In this document: one piece after another, positions 40,149 through 49,922 of the stretch
How positions within the stretch are numbered: the stretch's first letter is position 1
How the letters are laid out: every line of letters begins with the position of its first letter
Origin: an uncultured Halanaerobiaceae bacterium
Lineage (GTDB): Bacteria > Bacillota > Halanaerobiia > Halanaerobiales > Halarsenatibacteraceae
DNA length: 64,000 nt
Direction of reading: 5' to 3'
Assembly: GCA_964628755.1 (NCBI GenBank)
Contig: CAZVMQ010000001.1
Location: forward strand, 28,628-92,627
The notes under the pieces: generated by a model
Told to the model about the DNA's origin: nothing
The model's input: the letters and a program-made list of their open reading frames with translations, nothing else
Databases searched by the model: none
Program-made: the position numbers and the translations under genes

Positions 40149-41414
40149 AGGAGTATAAAAATCAAGCCCGGATTTTCTGTGTTTTTTTTCGGGATAAAAC
40201 AAACTGTAAATATCTGAAGCCATGATTTCCAGACTGATATATAATTCTTTTAGATTTTCGCTTTCTAATTTAGCTTCATTAACAATGTCTGAGGGATTAG
40301 TTATTACAGGCAGTTCAGCATTTTTGTCAAGCTGGGACATGATTTTCTCTCCATTTTTACCGAGGGCCAGAACTCTTATATATTTTGGCACAATTTCTTC
40401 TGAGAAAGGAAGCTGGTTTAATCTGCAGACTAACTGCATTAAACCCCTCTTTATTCGAGATTGAGGATGGGTTTTAGACGTAACATCATTTATTAACTCC
40501 TGGTAATTATCGGCATTTTTCTGGCTTTTCAGGATAGAGCTGGCTATATCGTTTGTTAAAGCAGGGCAATTAGCAATTTCTTGTCGACTGCTGCGTCTAA
40601 CGGTGGATATGACCATCTGTTTAAATTTATCTCTTTGCACGGGTAGCTTCCCCTGGTTATAGGCATTTAACATGATATTATAGCAGTTTTTAGGTAGATA
40701 TTTTTTGGTTTCTTTAAATTTACCTTTTTGGATTAAGTTTCTTATAGCAGTGGCGCTGGTTATTTCTTTTTCACCAGCATATTGGTCGTGATAATTGGAA
40801 TCTTTACGAGCTATTGTCTTTGGTTTTATGTTTATTTTATCGCGATAGATATTTTTAATATATTCTATACCCAGAATATTATTGGGGGAGGCAATTATAT
40901 CTGCCGGATTTTTGAGCTCGTCACCATGCTGACGGGAGAAATAACCAGATGTATTGCTGGCGAAATATTCATTTATTGCTGTGGTTCTGGCCCGGGCATA
41001 GGAAGCTCCTGTTTGCAGTTCTTTGTGAAAAATTTCTTGTAACTCCCGGGGTTCTTCAGCCAGAACGCTGGCAATTTCCTTTAGAGGTTCAATTTTTCCA
41101 GCTTCACTTCCAAAAACAATTTCATCTACAAGCCCTGTTGCAGCTAAAATTCTTACAGCTCCCTGAGCAAAATAATGAGCACTTCTGATTCCTGCCACGA
41201 GTGGGAGCTCCAGTACCAGGTCAACCCCTGTATTAACAGCCATTTTTGCTCTAAGCCACTTATCCAGGCAGGCTGGCGTACCTCTCTGGGTAAATTGACC
41301 ATTCATTATAGCTATTACCTGATCATGTTTGCTTATGTTTTTGCTTTTATTGAGGTGATATTTATGTCCATTGTGGAAAGGATTATATTCAGTTATTAAA
41401 CCAATAGTCTTCAT
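40137..41414 (-). CDS. tmcAL: tRNA(Met) cytidine acetate ligase (YlbM)
   Basis: ITEYNPFHNGH, FTQRG.PA, FGSE, PNNILGIEY, SATAIR and YIRVL motifs. Confidence 0.92.
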   Translation of the reverse strand: MKTIGLITEYNPFHNGHKYHLNKSKNISKHDQVIAIMNGQFTQRGTPACLDKWLRAKMAVNTGVDLVLELPLVAGIRSAHYFAQGAVRILAATGLVDEIVFGSEAGKIEPLKEIASVLAEEPRELQEIFHKELQTGASYARARTTAINEYFASNTSGYFSRQHGDELKNPADIIASPNNILGIEYIKNIYRDKINIKPKTIARKDSNYHDQYAGEKEITSATAIRNLIQKGKFKETKKYLPKNCYNIMLNAYNQGKLPVQRDKFKQMVISTVRRSSRQEIANCPALTNDIASSILKSQKNADNYQELINDVTSKTHPQSRIKRGLMQLVCRLNQLPFSEEIVPKYIRVLALGKNGEKIMSQLDKNAELPVITNPSDIVNEAKLESENLKELYISLEIMASDIYSLFYPEKKHRKSGLDFYTPLVK

Positions 41415-41683
41415 TTATAATAATCTCCTTTTGAAAAAAAGGTGAAAGATTGTATAAAAAGATTGCATAAATAACAAGGATTTATCCGGTCATATATAGT
41501 ATATTATAATAGGCAAGAAAGATTTTTAGAAAAGTTTATCTTACATACTAATGTAGTTTAAATTTTCTGCTTTTATAATAGCAGAAATATCAAGTTTCTA
41601 CAAACACGTTGTAAAAATTGGGCTTGATATTCTTGAATTATTTATAACTGCTGGCTTAGTATTATATAATCGGAGGGATATTA

Positions 41684-42676
41684 ATGGACTTAATTGAAGA
41701 ATTTCGTGAAAAAGCTCGCAAAGTTTCCGGCAAAATAGTACTACCGGAAACAGAAGATGATCGTATATTAAAAGCTGCTGATATTATTTCGGGTGAAGAT
41801 ATCTCAGACTTAATCTTGCTCGGTAATCAAGAAAATATCAGGAAAAGAGCGGAAAATTTGGGGCTGGATTTAAGCGGTTGTGAAATAGACAACCCTGCTA
41901 ACTCTCAAAGAAGAGTGGAATTGGGGGAGCTCCTCCACAAAAAAAGAAGTCATAAAGGGTTGAGTAGAGGAGATGCCTATGATATGGCAGGTGACCACCT
42001 CTATTTTGGTACGCTGCTGGTTGAGTGTGGTTATGCCGAGGGATTGGTAGCAGGGGCAGCCCATCCTACAGGTGAAGTACTCAGACCTGCTTTACAGGTA
42101 ATTAAGACAGAACCAGGTATTCAGGCAGTATCCGGAGCTTTTATCATGGTTTTGGACAAAGAAGAATTTGGCCATGAAGGTATTCTAGTGATGGCAGATT
42201 GTGCTGTTAATCCTGAAGTTGAAGCAGAGGTTTTAGGGGAAATTGCTGTTAGCACTGCTCAGACTACAAATAGTTTGCTGGGTATTGAACCTAAAGTTGC
42301 TATGTTATCTTTTTCCACGGCTGGAAGTGCAGAACATGAACTGGTTGAAAAAGTTCAGCAGGCTACCAAAAGAGCAAAAATATTAGAGCCAGAATTATCC
42401 ATAGATGGAGAAATGCAGGCCGATGCTGCCCTTGTGCCCGAAGTTGCTGAACAAAAAGCTCCGGAAAGCGAGATCGCAGGCAAAGCTAATGTATTAATAT
42501 TTCCTGATCTGGAAGCAGGAAATATCGGTTATAAACTTGTACAGAGATTAGCAGGAGCTGAAGCAATAGGCCCGGTGCTGCAGGGTATGGCTCAACCAGT
42601 AAATGATCTTTCCCGCGGCTGCTCTGTAGAGGATATTGTTAATTTGACTGCAATAACAAATTTGCAGGCAAAATAG
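41684..42676 (+). CDS. pta: Phosphate acetyltransferase
   Basis: IVLPE, ADCAVNP, AMLSFST, DGEMQADAA, GNIGYKLVQR and NDLSRG motifs. Confidence 0.97.
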   Translation: MDLIEEFREKARKVSGKIVLPETEDDRILKAADIISGEDISDLILLGNQENIRKRAENLGLDLSGCEIDNPANSQRRVELGELLHKKRSHKGLSRGDAYDMAGDHLYFGTLLVECGYAEGLVAGAAHPTGEVLRPALQVIKTEPGIQAVSGAFIMVLDKEEFGHEGILVMADCAVNPEVEAEVLGEIAVSTAQTTNSLLGIEPKVAMLSFSTAGSAEHELVEKVQQATKRAKILEPELSIDGEMQADAALVPEVAEQKAPESEIAGKANVLIFPDLEAGNIGYKLVQRLAGAEAIGPVLQGMAQPVNDLSRGCSVEDIVNLTAITNLQAK

Positions 42677-42718
42677 TGATTAAATTTCGTTAATTAAACA
42701 AATCCAGGAGGTATAAAA

Positions 42719-43918
42719 ATGAAAGTTTTAGTAATTAACAGTGGAAGCTCTTCAGTAAAATATCAGCTTTTTAATATGGACGAGGAAAAAATGCTGGTAA
42801 AGGGGGTTGTCGAAAGAATAGGTATTGATAATTCTTTTCTGGAACAGGAGACCAGTGAAGGAGAAGAAGTAAAAATTGAAGAAGACATTGCGGACCATTC
42901 CCGGGGGATAAATTTGATCATGGATACTCTGCTTGATGATGAAATCGGGCTTTTAAATAGTATGGATGAAATTTCTGCCGTAGGTCACAGAGTAGTCCAT
43001 GGAGGCGAAGAATTTGCCAGTTCTGTTGAGATAACAGATGATGTAATTGATACTATGGAAGATGTCTCTGATCTGGCCCCCCTCCATAATCCTCCCAATC
43101 TTGCCGGGATTAAAGTTTGCCAGGAATTAATGCCTGATACACCGCAGGTAGGAGTATTTGACACTTCTTTCCATCAGTCAATGCCCAGACATGCTTATAT
43201 TTATGCCCTCCCTTATGAATATTACGAAAAATACGGCATTAGAAGATATGGTTTTCATGGAACCTCTCACAGATTTGTATCGGAAAAAGCGGCAGAAATG
43301 CTGGATAAAGATTTTGATGAGCTCAATATAATAACCTGTCATTTAGGTAATGGAGCAAGTGTGGCAGCCGTTAAAAATGGTGAATCAGTTGATACGAGTA
43401 TGGGTTTAACACCTTTAGAAGGACTGGTAATGGGAACTAGATGTGGTGACCTGGATCCCGCTATAGTGCCCTTCTTACAGAAAAAAGAAGGATTAAGCCC
43501 GGATGAAATTGATGATATAATGAACAAAGAGAGTGGACTTTTAGGAATTTCAGGCGTAAGTAATGATTCTAGAGATATAGAAGAAGCAGCAGCAGACGGT
43601 AATGAAAGAGCTAAACTGGCCAGAGAAGTTTTTTCATACCGGGTAAAAAAGTATATAGGTGCTTACGCCGCTGCTATGGGCGGAGTAGATGCTGTAGTGT
43701 TTACCGCCGGTATAGGAGAGAATGCAATAGATTTAAGAAACAAAATATTATCAGGACTTGATTTCCTGGGGCTGGAACTTGATGAACATGCCAATCAGGT
43801 GAGGGGCGAGAAAGCTGAAATAACCACTTCTGATTCTCAGGTAAAAGCTTTTGTAATACCTACTAATGAAGAGCTGGTTATTGCTCAGGACACAGCCAGA
43901 ATAGCCGGATTAAAATGA
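42719..43918 (+). CDS. ackA: Acetate kinase
   Basis: VINSGSSSVK, GHRVVHGG, APLHNP, YGFHGTSH, FTAGIGEN and PTNEE motifs. Confidence 0.98.
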   Translation: MKVLVINSGSSSVKYQLFNMDEEKMLVKGVVERIGIDNSFLEQETSEGEEVKIEEDIADHSRGINLIMDTLLDDEIGLLNSMDEISAVGHRVVHGGEEFASSVEITDDVIDTMEDVSDLAPLHNPPNLAGIKVCQELMPDTPQVGVFDTSFHQSMPRHAYIYALPYEYYEKYGIRRYGFHGTSHRFVSEKAAEMLDKDFDELNIITCHLGNGASVAAVKNGESVDTSMGLTPLEGLVMGTRCGDLDPAIVPFLQKKEGLSPDEIDDIMNKESGLLGISGVSNDSRDIEEAAADGNERAKLAREVFSYRVKKYIGAYAAAMGGVDAVVFTAGIGENAIDLRNKILSGLDFLGLELDEHANQVRGEKAEITTSDSQVKAFVIPTNEELVIAQDTARIAGLK

Positions 43919-43927
43919 TACGTTTTC

Positions 43928-43957
43928 TTGACAGGGGCGGCGATTATGTAATATAAT
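43928..43957 (+). promoter_or_regulatory. Sigma-A promoter of DUF177-rpmF
   Basis: Consensus TTGACA-18 nt-TATAAT. Confidence 0.7.
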
Positions 43958-44034
43958 AACCTGTGATTGGCTAAAAGAAATTATAGAATGATTAATTAGA
44001 AATTAATGCCAATCGCAATCTGGAGGGAATAGCC

Positions 44035-44511
44035 GTGAAGCTTAATCTTACCCAATTAAAAGATGATAATACGTATATGAGCCTGGAAACCTCCGTTAAA
44101 CCTGAAAATATAGAATTTTTAGGCCGGCAAATTAAGATGCCCCTGGAGTTTTCTCTGCACCTGGATATAATCGGAGAAAAAGAAGAGTTATTTTTCACCG
44201 GAGAGATTGAAGGCGAATTTTTACTGGAATGCAGCCGTTGTTTAAAAGAGTTTAAAGAACATGTTAAGACCGATCTGGAGTTTAGTATTATGCGCGATGA
44301 TATAGACGATTTTGGCCAGGTTGATATTAGTGAATATATCAAAGAGAATTTAATTTTAGCAATACCTATAAAAGCTTTGTGTCGTAAAGACTGCCAGGGA
44401 ATCTGCAGTATTTGTGGCCAGGATCTAAATGAAGGAGATTGTAATTGTGTAAAAAGTGATACTGATCCTCGTATGGAAAAATTAAAGCAATTTTATGATT
44501 CTAATGAATGA
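44035..44511 (+). CDS. yceD: YceD/DUF177 23S rRNA accumulation protein
   Basis: CSRCL, LCRKDCQGICSICG.DLN...C.C and DPR motifs; directly upstream of rpmF. Confidence 0.9.
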   Translation: MKLNLTQLKDDNTYMSLETSVKPENIEFLGRQIKMPLEFSLHLDIIGEKEELFFTGEIEGEFLLECSRCLKEFKEHVKTDLEFSIMRDDIDDFGQVDISEYIKENLILAIPIKALCRKDCQGICSICGQDLNEGDCNCVKSDTDPRMEKLKQFYDSNE

Positions 44512-44555
44512 ATCTCACAGGAGTTAATTGTAAGTTGTAAGGAGGTGTAGGAAAT

Positions 44556-44738
44556 ATGGCTGTACCAAAAAGAAGAACTTCTAAGACCCGGAAGAGAAAG
44601 AGAAGAACTCATAAAAAAATAACACCACCGAATTTGGTTAACTGTTCGAATTGTGATGAACTTGTAATGCCTCACCGGGTATGTCCTGAATGTGGACATT
44701 ACAAAGGCAAAGAGGTAATCTCTGTTAAAGAAGAGTAA
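44556..44738 (+). CDS. rpmF: 50S ribosomal protein L32
   Basis: [10 protein letters not shown]...CSNC...[11 protein letters not shown]. Confidence 0.97.
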   Translation: MAVPKRRTSKTRKRKRRTHKKITPPNLVNCSNCDELVMPHRVCPECGHYKGKEVISVKEE

Positions 44739-44753
44739 AAAAATTACAGATTT

Positions 44754-44788
44754 AAAACCTGCAGCCTGGTGCTGCAGGTTTTATTTTT
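44754..44788 (+). terminator. Intrinsic terminator after rpmF
   Basis: AAAACCTGCAGC-CTGGT-GCTGCAGGTTTT followed by ATTTTT. Confidence 0.8.
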
Positions 44789-44791
44789 CAT

Positions 44792-44820
44792 TTGCATTGT
44801 TAATATAAATTATTTATAAT
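44792..44820 (+). promoter_or_regulatory. Putative sigma-A promoter of the plsX-fab operon
   Basis: TTGCAT-17 nt-TATAAT. Confidence 0.6.
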
Positions 44821-44909
44821 ATCTTAAAGTAGTATTTTAAAAATATGTTTGTACTGAAAAATGCTGTTTAGATTAGTTAAAGTTTGCAAATAGATGTCAG
44901 GAGGAGCTA

Positions 44910-45929
44910 ATGATGAAAATAGTAGTAGATGCTATGGGGGGGGACAGCGCTCCTCAGTCCATTGTCCAGGGCAGTATTGAAGCTGTTAAAACTTATCAGG
45001 ATATAGAAATAATATTAACCGGTAAAAGTGAACAGCTTGACCAATTGATGCCAGATAGCAAAAAGCTTAAAAATAGATTTGAGATAGTAGATTGTCAGCA
45101 GGAAATTACCATGGATGAAAAACCAGCTAAAGCTTTGAGGAGCAAAAAAGATACCTCTATCGGAAAAGCAGCTGAGCTGGTCAAATCGGGTAAAGCCGAA
45201 GCATTATTTTCTGCTGGGAATACAGGAGCATCTTTAGCAGCAGGAATTTTAAAAATTGGCAGGATTTCAGGTATAAAAAGGCCTGCAATTGCTTCATTAT
45301 TTCCCAGCCGAAATAAACCGGTGCTGCTTCTTGATATGGGGGCAAATGCTAATTGTGAACCCCGTTATCTTCTACAATTCGCTATTATGGCCCAGATATA
45401 TGCGGATTCTATACTGCAAAGACCAAACCCCTCAATTGGCTTAATGAATGTAGGGGAAGAAAAAGGTAAAGGTAACAAAATGATCGATAAAGCCCATGAA
45501 CTCATTGAAAGTGATAATCGCATAAAAAATTTTGCGGGCAATATAGAAGGCCGGGATATTTTCACAGGAGAATATGATATAATACTCTGCGATGGTTTTG
45601 TGGGCAATGTGATTTTAAAAACTGTGGAAGGTATGGGTGATTTTTTATTTGAGCTTTTACGAGAAGCCCTTCAGAATGATTTTCGCTCTAAGCTGGGAGC
45701 TCTTCTGGCTAAAAATTCCCTTAAGAATATGAAAAAGAAAGTGGATTATCGCCAGTATGGTGGTGCACCTATGCTGGGAGTCAAAGGTAATGTAATAATA
45801 GGTCATGGTAGTTCTGATGCTACCGCTGTCAAAAACGCAATTAAAGTTGCGAAAGAAACAGTGGAACAGGAGATTGTTACTATAATTGCTGATGAAATTA
45901 GTAAGGATGGTGGGGATTTAAATGCCTAA
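44910..45929 (+). CDS. plsX: Phosphate acyltransferase PlsX
   Basis: VDAMGGD.AP, SAGNTGA, RPAI, LDMGAN, CDGFVGN and GHGSS motifs. Confidence 0.97.
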   Translation: MMKIVVDAMGGDSAPQSIVQGSIEAVKTYQDIEIILTGKSEQLDQLMPDSKKLKNRFEIVDCQQEITMDEKPAKALRSKKDTSIGKAAELVKSGKAEALFSAGNTGASLAAGILKIGRISGIKRPAIASLFPSRNKPVLLLDMGANANCEPRYLLQFAIMAQIYADSILQRPNPSIGLMNVGEEKGKGNKMIDKAHELIESDNRIKNFAGNIEGRDIFTGEYDIILCDGFVGNVILKTVEGMGDFLFELLREALQNDFRSKLGALLAKNSLKNMKKKVDYRQYGGAPMLGVKGNVIIGHGSSDATAVKNAIKVAKETVEQEIVTIIADEISKDGGDLNA

Positions 45930-46905
45930 CGCAGTTATAACCGGTATAGGAAAATATTTACCTGACAATGTTTTAACAAATGATGATTTAGAAGAAATGG
46001 TAGATACAAGTGATGAATGGATAAGACAGCGTACTGGTATAAGAGAGAGAAGAATAGCTTCTGAAGGAACACCAACTTCTGAATTAGCTTTAAAGGCTGC
46101 CAGAGAAGCATTAGCAGATGCTGAATTATCTGCAGACAAATTAGATCTGATATTGGTGGCAACAGTAACTCCTGATATGTTTTTTCCGGCAACAGCCTGT
46201 CTGCTGCAGGAGGAATTAGGGGCTGAAGATGCCGCAGCTTTTGATCTGGAGGCTGGTTGTTCCGGGTTCGTATATGGTTTAAGTGTGGCAGATCAATATA
46301 TATCCAGTGGTACATACGAAAATATTTTGATTATAGGGGCAGAAACTTTATCCAAAATAGTGGACTGGGATGATAGGTCCACCTGTGTTTTGTTTGGTGA
46401 TGGAGCTGGTGCGGCTGTATTACAGTCAGGATCCAGTGGTGGAATTTTAAGTACAATTTTAGGTTCAGATGGCAGTGGAGGAGAAAACCTTTATATGCCC
46501 GGAGGTGGTTCACTTAATCCGGCCAGTGAAGAGACAGTTAAGAATAAACTACACTACATTAAGATGGAAGGAAATCAGGTGTTTAAATTTGCCGTAAAAA
46601 AAATGGGTAGTGCCTCCTTAGAAGTTTTAAACAAAGCAGATTTAGCAGCTGAAGATGTTGATTTTTTTGTTCCACATCAGGCTAATACCAGAATTATTTC
46701 TGCTGCTGCTGATAGATTAGGGGTAAAAAAAGAAAATGTAATAGTTAATCTGCCCTATTATGGAAATACTTCCAGTGCTTCAGTGCCAATTGCTCTGGCA
46801 GAAGCAGTAGAAGAAAATAGGATCAATAGGGGAGACATACTTGTGCTGGTTGCATTTGGAGCAGGTTTAACCTGGGCTGCGGCAGCTCTGGAATGGCAGC
46901 AGTAA
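45922..46905 (+). CDS. fabH: 3-oxoacyl-ACP synthase III
   Basis: DTSDEWIRQRTGI, AGCSGF, PHQAN and YGNTSSAS motifs. Confidence 0.97.
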   Translation: MPNAVITGIGKYLPDNVLTNDDLEEMVDTSDEWIRQRTGIRERRIASEGTPTSELALKAAREALADAELSADKLDLILVATVTPDMFFPATACLLQEELGAEDAAAFDLEAGCSGFVYGLSVADQYISSGTYENILIIGAETLSKIVDWDDRSTCVLFGDGAGAAVLQSGSSGGILSTILGSDGSGGENLYMPGGGSLNPASEETVKNKLHYIKMEGNQVFKFAVKKMGSASLEVLNKADLAAEDVDFFVPHQANTRIISAAADRLGVKKENVIVNLPYYGNTSSASVPIALAEAVEENRINRGDILVLVAFGAGLTWAAAALEWQQ

Positions 46906-46940
46906 AGGTAAAACTCGGAGGGATAAGGAGGGAAAATTTC

Positions 46941-47909
46941 ATGAATAATTTTTTCAAATCATCCTTATGTGAAAAATTAAATATTGATTATCCGATAATT
47001 CAGGGAGGAATGGCCTGGGTTGCCACAGGGGAATTAGCAGGTTCAGTATCTCGTGCTGGTGGCCTGGGAATAATTGGAGCAGGGAATGCTCCGGCCGAAA
47101 GTGTAGAAGCAGAAATCGATAAAGCCAGAGAAATAACTGATAATCCTGTAGCTGTTAATCTGATGCTTCTTTCCCCTCATATAGAAGATGTTATTGACTT
47201 AGTGCTGGAAAAAAATGTGCCTATTGTTACTACCGGAGCTGGTAATCCGGGAAAATATGTGGAAAAATTAAAACAGGGCAGTGTAAAAATTATACCGGTA
47301 GTCTCTTCTGTGGCTCTGGCAAAAAGACTCAGCAGACTGGATATTACGGCTGTAATTGCTGAGGGCAATGAAGCCGGTGGTCATGTAGGACAGCTGGGGA
47401 CTATGGCTCTTGTCCCCCAGATTGTTGATAGCGTTGATTTACCGGTTATAGCTGCCGGTGGTATAGGAGATGCCAGAGGTTTACTGGCTGCTTTTAATCT
47501 GGGAGCAGAAGCGGTGCAAATGGGTACAAGATTTGTCTGCTCTCAGGAATGTAAAGCTGACCCGGATTATAAACAGGCCATTATTAATGCTAGAGATAGA
47601 GATGCGGTTTTAACAGGCAGGACCACAGGTCATCCAGTGCGCACCTTAAAGAATAAACTGACCCGAGAAATTCACAAAATGGAAAAGGAAGGCGTAGATC
47701 CCCAAAAAATTGAAGCAGAGGCCGAAGGGGCCCTGCGAGAAGCTGTGGTAGAGGGTAATGTTGAACGAGGCAGTGTAATGGCAGGGCAAATCGCCGGAAT
47801 GATTGAAGAGGAAGTTCCTGTAGAAGATATCATTATAAATATAATTTCTCAGGCGGAAGATTTAATGAATTCTCAATGTGAAAGTTTTAGGAGGGGAGTT
47901 AATGAGTGA
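46941..47909 (+). CDS. fabK: Enoyl-ACP reductase FabK
   Basis: PIIQGGMAW, EG.EAGGH, AAGGIGD, QMGTRF and MAGQ motifs; ATG behind AAGGAGG; fab-operon context. Confidence 0.93.
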   Translation: MNNFFKSSLCEKLNIDYPIIQGGMAWVATGELAGSVSRAGGLGIIGAGNAPAESVEAEIDKAREITDNPVAVNLMLLSPHIEDVIDLVLEKNVPIVTTGAGNPGKYVEKLKQGSVKIIPVVSSVALAKRLSRLDITAVIAEGNEAGGHVGQLGTMALVPQIVDSVDLPVIAAGGIGDARGLLAAFNLGAEAVQMGTRFVCSQECKADPDYKQAIINARDRDAVLTGRTTGHPVRTLKNKLTREIHKMEKEGVDPQKIEAEAEGALREAVVEGNVERGSVMAGQIAGMIEEEVPVEDIIINIISQAEDLMNSQCESFRRGVNE

Positions 47910-48834
47910 AAGTAAAATAGCTTTTTTATTTCCCGGACAGGGGGCCCAAAGTGTGGGCATGGGCAAAGACCTGTCAGAAGAATTTAAAGAAGTGAATAAT
48001 TTCTTTAACAGAGCCGAAGAAATTCTGGACTTAGAGCTCAAAAACATCTGTTTTGAAGGGCCGGAATATGACCTAAATTTAACTGAAAATACCCAGCCAG
48101 CTCTATTTACTCTTAGTTCTGCAGTGAATAAAATTCTTAATGATCATGATATATACCCTGATGTAGTAGCTGGTCACAGTTTAGGGGAATATTCAGCTCT
48201 TACAGCTGGAGGAGCAATAAATTTTTCGGATAACCTTAAGCTTGTCAGAGAAAGAGGTAGAGCAATGGAAGAGGCACTTCCCGCTGGTTTGGGTTCTATG
48301 GCGGCAATTATTGGTCTGGATTTGGAACAGGTTAAAAATATATGTGCAAAAGTTAACGGGGTCTGTGAAATTGCTAACCTGAATACTGCAAATCAACTGG
48401 TTATTTCCGGGGAAAAAGAAGCGGTAAAAAACGCCAGAGAAGAATGTAAAAGGGCAGGAGCGAAAAAGGTAATAGAATTATCAGTAAGTGGCCCTTTTCA
48501 TTCCAGTTTAATGGAGCCTGCAGTAGGCAGATTGGAATCTGCCCTGCAGGATGTGGCAATTGCAGATATGGATTTCCCCGTAATAGCCAATGTAACTGCT
48601 GAAAAAACTACTGAAGCAGAAAAAATAAAAGATAATTTGCTTAAACAGCTTACAAGTTCTGTGCGCTGGCAGGAAACAATGGAAAATATGCTTGAAGATG
48701 GTGTGGAGATTTTTGTTGAAGTTGGCCCGGGGAGGGTTTTGAAGGGACTGCTTAGAAGAATAGATAGATCCGCTAAATGTTATAACACCCGAAATCCACA
48801 AGAATTAAATGAGGTTTTGGAGGAATTATCATGA
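47902..48834 (+). CDS. fabD: Malonyl-CoA:ACP transacylase
   Basis: FPGQGAQ, GHSLGEY, SGPFHS and EVGPG motifs. Confidence 0.97.
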   Translation: MSESKIAFLFPGQGAQSVGMGKDLSEEFKEVNNFFNRAEEILDLELKNICFEGPEYDLNLTENTQPALFTLSSAVNKILNDHDIYPDVVAGHSLGEYSALTAGGAINFSDNLKLVRERGRAMEEALPAGLGSMAAIIGLDLEQVKNICAKVNGVCEIANLNTANQLVISGEKEAVKNAREECKRAGAKKVIELSVSGPFHSSLMEPAVGRLESALQDVAIADMDFPVIANVTAEKTTEAEKIKDNLLKQLTSSVRWQETMENMLEDGVEIFVEVGPGRVLKGLLRRIDRSAKCYNTRNPQELNEVLEELS

Positions 48835-49589
48835 TGGATTTCACGGATAAAAGTGTTCTGATAACTGGTAGTTCCAGGGGTATTGGCGCTGCCTGTGCTG
48901 AAAAATTTGCTGAGCTAGGTGCCAATGTTATGTTAAATCACTCAAGTGAGAACAGTAAAGAGCAGGCTGAAGAATTGGCTTCTGCACTAAGAAATATTCA
49001 GGACAGCGGTCAGATTGCTGTCTGTCAGGCAGATGTCAGCAACAAAAATGAAGCAGAAAGTCTGATTGATGCTACCTTGCATGAATTTGATTGTATTGAT
49101 ATACTTATAAATAATGCAGGTATCAATAGGGACAACTTTCTGTTAAGAATGAAAGAGGAAGACTGGAAAAAAGTGATGGAAGTAAATTTGGACGGAGTTT
49201 ATTATTGTTCTCGGGCAGCAATTAAACAGATGATGAAAGCTAGATGGGGCAGGATTATAAATATGACTTCAATTGTGGGGTCAATTGGCAATCCGGGACA
49301 GACTAATTATGCTGCTGCTAAAGCAGGGATAGTGGGATTTACTAAATCTCTGGCCCGGGAAGTAGCTTCTCGCAATATTACTGTCAATGCTGTTGCCCCT
49401 GGATTGATTGCAACCGAAATGACAGAATCAATGCCAGATAAAGCCAGAGAAGGTTTGCTGGATAATATACCTCTGGATAGAGCCGGACAGCCTGAAGAGG
49501 TTGCTAATTCAGTAGTTTTTCTGGCCTCTGATTTAGCTGAGTATATAACTGGTGAAATTATAAAAGTTACTGGTGGATTAGGAATTTGA
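48831..49589 (+). CDS. fabG: 3-oxoacyl-ACP reductase
   Basis: [21 protein letters not shown] and VAPG motifs. Confidence 0.96.
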   Translation: MMDFTDKSVLITGSSRGIGAACAEKFAELGANVMLNHSSENSKEQAEELASALRNIQDSGQIAVCQADVSNKNEAESLIDATLHEFDCIDILINNAGINRDNFLLRMKEEDWKKVMEVNLDGVYYCSRAAIKQMMKARWGRIINMTSIVGSIGNPGQTNYAAAKAGIVGFTKSLAREVASRNITVNAVAPGLIATEMTESMPDKAREGLLDNIPLDRAGQPEEVANSVVFLASDLAEYITGEIIKVTGGLGI

Positions 49590-49606
49590 AAGGAGGTGAG
49601 AACGGT

Positions 49607-49840
49607 ATGGCTGATTTATTTGCCAGGGTAAAAGAATTAATTGCAGAAGAACTGGCCCTGGATGAGGAAGAAGTAACTGCCGAGGCATCTTTCATTGAGG
49701 ATTTAGGTGCAGACTCTCTTGATGTTGTTGAACTTGTTATGGCTATTGAAGAAGAATTTGACATTGAAATACCCGATGAAGATGCAGAGCAGATTGGTAC
49801 GGTACAGGACGCCGTAGATTATTTAGAGGATTATCTATAA
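49607..49840 (+). CDS. acpP: Acyl carrier protein
   Basis: [13 protein letters not shown] phosphopantetheine site; RBS AGGAGGTG. Confidence 0.98.
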   Translation: MADLFARVKELIAEELALDEEEVTAEASFIEDLGADSLDVVELVMAIEEEFDIEIPDEDAEQIGTVQDAVDYLEDYL

Positions 49841-49861
49841 AATTTAAAAATTACTTAAAAC

Positions 49862-49888
49862 GTCCCCGTTGAAAAACGGGGACATTTT
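49862..49888 (+). terminator. Stem-loop (terminator or attenuator) between acpP and fabF
   Basis: GTCCCCGTT-GAAA-AACGGGGAC followed by ATTTT. Confidence 0.7.
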
Positions 49889-49922
49889 AACGATTTAATA
49901 TAGATTAAAGGAGGCAAATTTC

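Noticed and set aside
41415..41683. Rex or CcpA operator upstream of pta-ackA
   Set aside because: No adequate match seen to TTGTGAA-N4-TTCACAA or to the cre consensus
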